Both the position numbers and the translations under genes were made by a program. Shown piece by piece: positions 57,430 through 64,000 of a DNA stretch of 64,000 nucleotides. Numbering within the stretch: position 1 is the first letter of the stretch; each line of letters starts with the position of its first letter. The notes beneath the pieces were generated by a model. That model was given only the letters and a program-made list of their open reading frames with translations, searched no databases and was not told where the DNA came from. The stretch is from an uncultured Candidatus Saccharibacteria bacterium (GTDB taxonomy: Bacteria > Patescibacteriota > Saccharimonadia > Saccharimonadales > Saccharimonadaceae), in contig CAZFMZ010000001.1 of NCBI GenBank assembly GCA_964520495.1, forward strand, positions 216,734-280,733. Direction: 5' to 3'.

Positions 57430-58436
57430 GTCGTCTTGTCGCCGGACTGGGAATTGACGAGATCTATCAGGCTGTCTTCGACGGTACGTTTCTGCCGAGT
57501 GTTGCGACGACGAGGTTTCTGCGTACGCTCTGGTGATTCCGCATGCTGATTCGCGCTGGCGGGCTGGGCAGACGATGGTGTTTTCTCCGAACTAGGCTCG
57601 GTGTTGACTGCTGTTTTTTCAGTCGGCTGCTTACCCTGCCGTTTCGCGCGACTGGCCGGCTTTCGCCCTGTGCTGCGAGACGACTGCTTGGCCTGTTTGT
57701 CTGCGCCGTCGTTGCCACGTTCTTCGGCTGATGGTTCAGCTTTTTCATCTGCCTTGGCCAGCTTGGCGAACATCATGCGACCAGCAGCGGTTTGCAAGCT
57801 GCGAATAAATTCGACCTCGACGATCTTGCCTAAGTGCTTCGCAGCCCGTTCAACCACCACCATTGTGCCGTCGGCAAGATAGCCGACCGCCTGATGCGCG
57901 TCCTGCCCTTTCTGCTGCAAGCTGATACTGACCGACTCGCCAGGCAGGAAGGCCATCCGTATGCTTTGAGCCAGCTCGTTCAGGTTAAGGACCTCCAGGC
58001 CGTTGGCTTTGGCGACTTTGTTCAAATTGAAGTCAATCGTGCAGATAGCCCCGTGCGACAGCTTGGCGAGTTCCACCAAGCGCTCGTCGACGCCTCCTGT
58101 CAGGCTGTCGTCGTCATGGATTTCGACTTTGACGTTGGTCATGGCGCGTAGCTCGCTGATGACATCTAAACCGTGGCGCGCCCTAGTGCGCTTATCACTA
58201 TCAGCCTGGTCAGCCAGAAGCTGCAGCTCGGCCACGACGCTCTTCGGGATCACGAGCCGTTCCGGGATGAAACCTGTTCGTGCGGCGGTCAGAATTCGGC
58301 CGTCCATCAACGCGGATGTGTCAATTAAGATCGGTTTGACTCCCGTTGCCAGCTTGCGCGAGGCTGGGTTTTTAGCGATAAGATATTGCAGCTGGATAAT
58401 GGCAACTACGACCAGGATGATGAGGATATATTCCAT
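57426..58436 (-). CDS. PIN/TRAM-domain protein (YacL-like) with a long basic low-complexity C-terminal tail
   Basis: It has an N-terminal TM helix, a PIN region (ILIDTSALMDGRI), a TRAM-like region and then a K/R/S/P-rich tail. Confidence 0.78.
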   Translation of the reverse strand: MEYILIILVVVAIIQLQYLIAKNPASRKLATGVKPILIDTSALMDGRILTAARTGFIPERLVIPKSVVAELQLLADQADSDKRTRARHGLDVISELRAMTNVKVEIHDDDSLTGGVDERLVELAKLSHGAICTIDFNLNKVAKANGLEVLNLNELAQSIRMAFLPGESVSISLQQKGQDAHQAVGYLADGTMVVVERAAKHLGKIVEVEFIRSLQTAAGRMMFAKLAKADEKAEPSAEERGNDGADKQAKQSSRSTGRKPASRAKRQGKQPTEKTAVNTEPSSEKTPSSAQPASANQHAESPERTQKPRRRNTRQKRTVEDSLIDLVNSQSGDKTT

Positions 58437-58458
58437 GAATGTTCTTTCGTTTATTACG

Positions 58459-59808
58459 TTATTTCAGATAACCGATCAATGCGTGCCGTAGGTCACTCAC
58501 AGGTGTGGTGACACCTGCCGTGCGGGCTGAGGATGGACCGATAGCGGTCGTAAAGCCTAGTTTCTTGGCTTCCGCCACGCGACGCTCAGTCGAAGTTACC
58601 GACCGGATCTCGCCGCCAAGCCCGACTTCTCCGAAGACCACGGTCTGCTCATCGAGTTTGCGCTCGGCTGCGGCGCTGGCGATAGCCATACAGATGGCCA
58701 GATCAGCTGCCGGGTCGATGACTTTCAGGCCACCGACGACGTTGATAAAGATATCTTTGTCCGATAAGTTCAGTTTAGTCCGCCGTTCGATGACCGCGAT
58801 GAGTAGGTTGAGGCGATTCAGATCGAAGCCGCTGCTCGTCCGTTTAGGATACCCGAAGCTAGTCGGATTGACAAGCGCTTGGATCTCAACCAGAAGTGGT
58901 CGGGTACCTTCCATCGTAGCGAGTACGACCGACCCATCGGCGTTCTGCCGCTCCGCCAGCAACGCGGCGGAGGGATTCTCGACGACGGCGAGGCCCTTCT
59001 CTTTCATTTCGAAGATTGCGGCTTCACTGGTTGAGCCATATCGGTTCTTGACCGCTCGGACGATTTTGAACCCTCCATACCGGTCGCCTTCGAACTGGAG
59101 CACCACGTCGACCAAGTGCTCCAACACTTTCGGGCCAGCAATACTGCCCTCTTTGGTGACATGTCCGACCAGGATGACGGCAGCCCCTGATTGCTTAGCC
59201 GCTCGGATGACCGCATTGGAAGAGTTGGTAATCTGACTGACACTGCCCGGGGCGCTGGTAATCTCATCAAGGCTCAAGGTTTGCACGGAGTCAATTATGA
59301 CCAGTCGGTATTTGCCGGCGCGGATAGTCGCGGCGATATCGTCGGCGCTGGTACTGGAGACGAAGTCAAGTGATTCGCTTCGTTCGGCACCGAGGCGTAT
59401 GGCCCGTAGCTTTACCTGCTGGGCGCTTTCCTCGCCGCTGACATAGAGTACGGTGGCGTCGTGGGCGACCGACGCGGCTACTTGGAGGAGAAGGGTGCTC
59501 TTACCAATACCAGGCTGGCCTGCCAGCAACATCACGCCGCCGGGTAGGATGCCGCCGCCCAGCACCGCGTCCAGGTCGGCGACGCCACTCGAAAGGCGGG
59601 CCGAAAGCGCCTTGTCATTAATCGTGCCAATCGGCTGCACCGTGAGCGTCTTGCCCGATGTCGCACTACGCGCCAGCGGCGACGCACCGGAAGAGACCGT
59701 TTCCTCGACAAGTGTGTTCCATTCCCCACAGTTTTCACAGCGGCCCGTCCATTTCGGGTATTGAGCGGCGCAGTTCGTGCAGACGAACTTCGTTTTAGAT
59801 TTTGCCAT
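58459..59808 (-). CDS. radA: DNA repair protein RadA/Sms
   Basis: It has a zinc finger (CTNCAAQYPKWTGRCENCGEWN), a Walker A motif (GQPGIGKST), the KNRYG motif and a Lon-like C-terminal domain. Confidence 0.95.
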   Translation of the reverse strand: MAKSKTKFVCTNCAAQYPKWTGRCENCGEWNTLVEETVSSGASPLARSATSGKTLTVQPIGTINDKALSARLSSGVADLDAVLGGGILPGGVMLLAGQPGIGKSTLLLQVAASVAHDATVLYVSGEESAQQVKLRAIRLGAERSESLDFVSSTSADDIAATIRAGKYRLVIIDSVQTLSLDEITSAPGSVSQITNSSNAVIRAAKQSGAAVILVGHVTKEGSIAGPKVLEHLVDVVLQFEGDRYGGFKIVRAVKNRYGSTSEAAIFEMKEKGLAVVENPSAALLAERQNADGSVVLATMEGTRPLLVEIQALVNPTSFGYPKRTSSGFDLNRLNLLIAVIERRTKLNLSDKDIFINVVGGLKVIDPAADLAICMAIASAAAERKLDEQTVVFGEVGLGGEIRSVTSTERRVAEAKKLGFTTAIGPSSARTAGVTTPVSDLRHALIGYLK

Positions 59809-59817
59809 TAGCTCCCA

Positions 59818-60807
59818 TTATAACGTAGGCACGGCCTCAAGGTTACTATCCAAGCTGCGGTTCAGGCCGGCTGACTCGGCGTTGATCGCGTCCAGACGGG
59901 CGAGCAATGACTGGTAGGTAACGATATCGCTTTCGATAGCCTGCTTACTTGCCTCAAGCTGCTGCTGCCGGGAATTCAGGCGAGCCAGTTCGGCTTCAAA
60001 CTCGGCTTGAGTAGTGAATCCGCCGGGTTGGCGGGCGCGTTGGTTAAACTCATCGACCTCGCGGTTGAGCTGACGAACACCCTCGTTATACGACACTGTA
60101 GCCTGGTTGATGGAAGTAACCAGTGAATCTATTCTCGCCGCTAATGCCCGGGCCTCGCGTGACAGTTCATCGAATACGGCTTCGACCTCAGCGTGAAGCT
60201 TGGCGAGGGCCTGGCGGTCAGTGAAAAAACGAGCGTAATGTTCTTCCAGTTCGTCGCCGATAGCAAGGAATTCGGTACCGATGATGGAATGGAGCTCGTT
60301 GAGCGATTCGCCTGGCTGGGTGCGCTCATAATACGCCATCCGCTCCGTCAGGCTATCAGACGAAAGACGGCTATACGCATCTTCCAGCAGCGGTCGCAGG
60401 CGGTCTTTTTCGGCTTGTGACATCCGTTCATAAGCCGCATGTAGCATTTCGTGCGCGGCCGTGACGGTCTTGATGCCGTCGAGACGCTGATCGGTTATAT
60501 CATAGATATAGATGCGCCGGGCGGAATAACAGCCCAGAATCGGACTACCCGGTTCCCTCCGCTCACAGCTACGATTAAAGTCATCTTTCGATTGAACGAC
60601 CGGACGGGACGCATAAAACATGAAGGTACCGTCCTGCGTCATGCCAGCGTCACGGGCAATCTGACGAATCTGGGCTGTCGGCTGATACTGGTGATACGAA
60701 ACCGCATCGACCACCCACTGCCTGGACTGCCACAACCATAAAGATCCAACGATTAAGAGGCCGGCAAGTAGCCAGCTGGTGTACGAACTAGCTCTCGTGC
60801 GTGACAT
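59818..60807 (-). CDS. Membrane-anchored HExxH protein with a C-terminal coiled coil (putative zinc metallopeptidase)
   Basis: It has an N-terminal TM helix, then TVTAAHEMLHAAY and a long helical tail. It overlaps the clpC 3' end by 20 nt. Confidence 0.5.
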   Translation of the reverse strand: MSRTRASSYTSWLLAGLLIVGSLWLWQSRQWVVDAVSYHQYQPTAQIRQIARDAGMTQDGTFMFYASRPVVQSKDDFNRSCERREPGSPILGCYSARRIYIYDITDQRLDGIKTVTAAHEMLHAAYERMSQAEKDRLRPLLEDAYSRLSSDSLTERMAYYERTQPGESLNELHSIIGTEFLAIGDELEEHYARFFTDRQALAKLHAEVEAVFDELSREARALAARIDSLVTSINQATVSYNEGVRQLNREVDEFNQRARQPGGFTTQAEFEAELARLNSRQQQLEASKQAIESDIVTYQSLLARLDAINAESAGLNRSLDSNLEAVPTL

Positions 60808-63262
60808 GCAGCGATACTGCGCCTTTCGCCGCCCGGGCCGTCAGAACCGTTCCCTTCCCATACTCGCCCGACAGGATGCCGTCGGCGATGGCATGTTCGA
60901 GTTCATCCTGAAGCGCTCGCCTGAGCGGGCGGGCTCCGTATTTTTCGTCGAATCCTTTGCTGATGATCTGCCGTTTCGCTCCCGGGGTCACAACAAGGTG
61001 GATGCCTTGCCGTATCAGCCGCTCACCTAGTTCGGCTACCAGGTTATTAAAGATGACTCCGACCTGCTTGCGCGTCAATGCCCGGAACGTGACGATAGCG
61101 TCGAATCGGTTGATCAGCTCTGGTCGCATCATTTTACGTAGCGCTTCCGTGGCATGCTGAGCGTTCTGTGCGTGCGCGACGTCTAATTCACGTTCGTCCG
61201 AGCGAGTCGCGGCATGAAAACCGAGTGACGATTCACGCTGCATCGCTTCGGCACCAAGGTTACTTGTCAGTATGATAATGGTATTGGTGAAATCGACCTT
61301 GCGCCCCTTGGCATCGGTCAACGCCCCATCCTCGAGCAGTTGCAGCAGTAGCTGAAAGACGTCGGGATGGGCCTTCTCTATCTCATCGAATAGTACGACA
61401 CTATAGGGCTGCCGACGGATTTTGTCCGTCAACTGACCACCGTCGTCGTAGCCGACGTAACCAGCCGGCGCTCCTAGCAATCTGGCTGTATTGTGGCGTT
61501 CGCCGAATTCACTCATGTCAATCTTAATGAGGGCATCGTCGCTTCCGAACACCTCACGGGCCAGTACACGCGCCAGCTCAGTCTTGCCGACACCGGTCGG
61601 ACCCATGAAGATGAACGAGCCGATCGGTCGGTTCGTAGAGGCGACACCGCTCCGGGATCGACGCACCGCCTGGGCGACCTTTGAGACCGCTTCGTCTTGA
61701 CCGACGATGAACTTCGACAGATGTCGTTCGAGCGACCGCAACATGCCGGCCTCAGATTTCTGCACCCTGGTTACCGGAATGCCAGTCATGACTGAGATCG
61801 CATGAGCCACATGATCCTCCGTCAAGATGATCGGTGTCTTATTCTCGTGCTTTTCTTTCAATTCCTCAAGCTTCTCGCCGAGTTGGACCGAGCGAGTCTT
61901 GTAGAGCGCCGCTCGTTCATAATCCTCAGCCGCCACGGCTTCATCCATCTTCTCGTTCAGGTTTTTCAGCTGCCGCATATAATCACGCACCTTACTCGGC
62001 TTATTGTCGCCTTTGACGCGGGTCAATGCCGCCGCTTCATCAATGACGTCAATCGCTTTGTCAGGCATATAACGTTCGGATACGTAGCGGTCGGCCAGAT
62101 AGACTGCCGTCTCAATCACCTCATCGCTGATGGCTACCCCGTGATGTGATTCATAATAGGGTTTGAGTCCTTTGACGATAGCCAGGGTGTCTTTCAAGGA
62201 TGGCTCAGGTACCGTGATCGCCTGGAACCGACGCTCAAGCGCACTGTCCTTTTCGATATGCTTGCGGTACTCGTCTAGTGTCGTCGCGCCAATCAGATGG
62301 AGCTCACCGCGAGCCAAGGCTGGCTTCAGCATGTTTGCGGCGTCGAGCGCTCCTTCGGCCGCACCGGCTCCTACCAATAGGTGAAGCTCATCGATGAAGA
62401 CGATGACGTTCTTTTGTTCGGTAAGCTCACTGATGACCTTCTTGAGCCGTTCCTCAAATTCGCCTCGATATTTCGTGCCTGCAATCATGGCTGCAAGATC
62501 GAGCTGTATCACCCGCTTATCAAGCAGGTAGTCGGGCACGTCCTCGCGGGCGATACGTTGAGCCAACCCTTCCACGATAGCCGTCTTGCCGACACCAGGC
62601 TCACCTATGAGAACAGGATTATTCTTGGTACGACGACTCAGGATTGTGACGAGACGCTCCTGTTGGGCATCCCGACCGATGACCGGGTCGAGCTTACCGC
62701 CACGAGCCCTCGTGGTCAGATCGGTCCCGAACGTTTCAAGCGCCCCGCTCCGCTTCTGCTTTCGTGGAGTTTCCGTTTGTACCGAATCACTATCATGGAA
62801 AGCGTTATGTTGGCGATCGAAAAAGTCCTCAAGGTCACCCTTCAGCTCGATGACATCGACGTTGAGTTCACGCAACAGAGCGGTCGCGCGCGCGCTTTTC
62901 TGCGACAAGATACTGTAAAGGATATGTTCCGTACCCAAGTAATCCTGGTGAAATTCCTGGGCAATCTCCCATCCCATCTTCAGGGTCAACTTCGCCGTTT
63001 CACTCATTCCAAGCACACCCGTCGTAATCATGATATTGCGCGGGCTCAGGTTCAAGGCTAACTCAGCACGCTCAAGGGTGACATGGGCATCTGCCAGCAT
63101 CTTCGCCCCCACCGAGGAACCTTGTGCCAACACTCCCAATAACAGATGCTCGGTACCAATATAGGCACTGCCGTAGCCGCGCGCGATGGCGTTCGCGTGC
63201 TGCAGGCTGGTCTTAGCGTTGTCCGTCAGCCTGGGTACGAATTCTGCGAAATCGTCAGCCAT
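60788..63262 (-). CDS. clpC: ATP-dependent Clp protease ATP-binding subunit ClpC
   Basis: It has Clp N-terminal repeats and two AAA+ modules ([17 protein letters not shown]). Confidence 0.95.
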   Translation of the reverse strand: MADDFAEFVPRLTDNAKTSLQHANAIARGYGSAYIGTEHLLLGVLAQGSSVGAKMLADAHVTLERAELALNLSPRNIMITTGVLGMSETAKLTLKMGWEIAQEFHQDYLGTEHILYSILSQKSARATALLRELNVDVIELKGDLEDFFDRQHNAFHDSDSVQTETPRKQKRSGALETFGTDLTTRARGGKLDPVIGRDAQQERLVTILSRRTKNNPVLIGEPGVGKTAIVEGLAQRIAREDVPDYLLDKRVIQLDLAAMIAGTKYRGEFEERLKKVISELTEQKNVIVFIDELHLLVGAGAAEGALDAANMLKPALARGELHLIGATTLDEYRKHIEKDSALERRFQAITVPEPSLKDTLAIVKGLKPYYESHHGVAISDEVIETAVYLADRYVSERYMPDKAIDVIDEAAALTRVKGDNKPSKVRDYMRQLKNLNEKMDEAVAAEDYERAALYKTRSVQLGEKLEELKEKHENKTPIILTEDHVAHAISVMTGIPVTRVQKSEAGMLRSLERHLSKFIVGQDEAVSKVAQAVRRSRSGVASTNRPIGSFIFMGPTGVGKTELARVLAREVFGSDDALIKIDMSEFGERHNTARLLGAPAGYVGYDDGGQLTDKIRRQPYSVVLFDEIEKAHPDVFQLLLQLLEDGALTDAKGRKVDFTNTIIILTSNLGAEAMQRESSLGFHAATRSDERELDVAHAQNAQHATEALRKMMRPELINRFDAIVTFRALTRKQVGVIFNNLVAELGERLIRQGIHLVVTPGAKRQIISKGFDEKYGARPLRRALQDELEHAIADGILSGEYGKGTVLTARAAKGAVSLHVTHES

Positions 63263-63334
63263 AATCTTATTATCATCCTCCTAAGGGCGAAGCGCAAGAG
63301 GTCTTCTGTACGCATTCACTATATCTATAATAGC

Positions 63335-63368
63335 AAAACTAGCACTCGCGTCAATGGAGTGCTAGTTT
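63335..63368 (-). terminator. Intrinsic terminator after nusA
   Basis: The stem aaactagcactc/gagtgctagttt is followed by TTTT on the minus strand. Confidence 0.6.
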
Positions 63369-63384
63369 CTACGGCGCGGTTTTT

Positions 63385-64000
63385 TTATTCGTCGCTCGAA
63401 TTCAGCGCGTCGAGCAGGCTGTCTTCGATGTTCTTCTTGGGAGACTTCGGCTCAGCTTTCTGTGGCGTCGCGGTCTCGATGTCGAGTTCATAACCTGTCA
63501 AGCGTGAAGCCAAGCGGACGTTCTGACCGGCGCGGCCGATGGCAATCGATTGCTGGTCCTCGTTCACGAACACCTTTGCTCGCTTGCTTTCTTCGTCAAT
63601 CTCAACCCGAACGACTTCGGCTGGGCCGAGCGCTGAACGGATGAACGTATCCGGATCCTCGCTGAACGGAATGATATCGATTTTCTCCTGGTCGCCTACT
63701 TCATTCATAACGGCCTGAACACGGGTACCATGGCCTCCGACGAAGGTACCAACTGGATCGACTCCTGGCACGCTTGAGAACACGGCCAATTTCGTGCGGC
63801 GACCAGCTTCGCGGGCAATCGCCTTGATTTCAACGGCACCACTCTCCATTTCTGGCACTTCCTGGCGGAAGAGGAATTCAATGAAGGCCTCGTTGGCGCG
63901 GCTCAGAATAAGTTGTGGGCCGCGGTTGTCGCGCTCGATGTCCTTGATGAATACCTTGATACGCGAGCCGATGCTATAGAATTCACCCTGGATCTGCTCG
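63385..64000 (-). CDS. nusA: Transcription termination/antitermination factor NusA (C-terminal part; 5' end lies outside the window)
   Basis: The frame stays open to the right edge. It reads GPQLILSRANEAFIEFLFRQEVPEMESGAVEIKAIAREAG, followed by KH domains. Confidence 0.9.
   Translation of the reverse strand, partial: EQIQGEFYSIGSRIKVFIKDIERDNRGPQLILSRANEAFIEFLFRQEVPEMESGAVEIKAIAREAGRRTKLAVFSSVPGVDPVGTFVGGHGTRVQAVMNEVGDQEKIDIIPFSEDPDTFIRSALGPAEVVRVEIDEESKRAKVFVNEDQQSIAIGRAGQNVRLASRLTGYELDIETATPQKAEPKSPKKNIEDSLLDALNSSDE

Noticed and set aside
57420-57440. The convergent PBP and PIN/TRAM genes overlap at their stop codons inside a short gacgac/gtcgtc hairpin.
   Set aside because: The overlap is real in the sequence, but it is a trivial consequence of tight packing. 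The stem is only 6 bp and has no T-runs, so it is not a convincing regulatory element.

Overview
This is a dense 64-kb window, coded almost entirely on the minus strand, from what looks like a small-genome bacterium.

**Backbone.** The core is translation and transcription machinery:
- rpoB-rpoC, rpsL-rpsG, fusA and tuf.
- The complete S10-spc-alpha ribosomal protein run (rpsJ through rplQ, with secY, infA, rpmJ and rpoA), followed by rplM-rpsI.
- Housekeeping genes: partial nusA, clpC, radA, a PIN/TRAM protein, a class A PBP (the only large plus-strand gene), tyrS, a phosphohexomutase, recG, rsmD, hisS, tig, clpP, a NUDIX hydrolase, an FAD-linked oxidase and two tRNA-Leu genes.

**Likely lineage.**
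- rpmD (L30) is absent between rpsE and rplO.
- adk and map are absent between secY and infA.
- The operon copy of L36 lacks all four zinc ligands.
- Together with the pilin-like genes, these suggest a CPR/Patescibacteria organism, possibly Saccharibacteria-like. This is inference only.

**Interrupted gene order.** The conserved order is broken at five junctions by lineage-specific DNA:
1. rpsG | fusA: two orphan genes, one very acidic and one with a weak His-Me/HNH-like motif.
2. fusA | tuf: a pilin-like plus secreted coiled-coil pair, then cyoABCDE and ndh (about 7 kb).
3. tuf | rpsJ: a leaderless 108-aa ORF.
4. rpsJ | rplC: a divergent pair of small membrane proteins.
5. secY | infA: a sortase-fold protein lacking the catalytic His and Cys, plus a small ORF.

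**Most notable non-obvious signals.**
- Two paralogous two-gene cassettes encode a signal-peptide coiled-coil protein with two conserved Cys, translationally coupled to an ~85-aa type IV prepilin-like protein.
- Four tiny self-contained cassettes sit between essential operons. Each has its own near-consensus sigma70 promoter and a long hairpin terminator. Their ORFs have visibly G/C-rich third codon positions.
- Promoter grammar recurs across the window. Many promoters have TGn-extended -10 boxes, and at least five genes start 6 nt after the -10 hexamer, which implies leaderless mRNAs.

**Not seen.** No rRNA, CRISPR array, transposase or integrase.

**Coordinates.** CDS coordinates follow the ORF track, trimmed where tRNA read-through or operon junctions indicate a later start. 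Small motif coordinates were indexed by hand and may be off by 1-2 nt.
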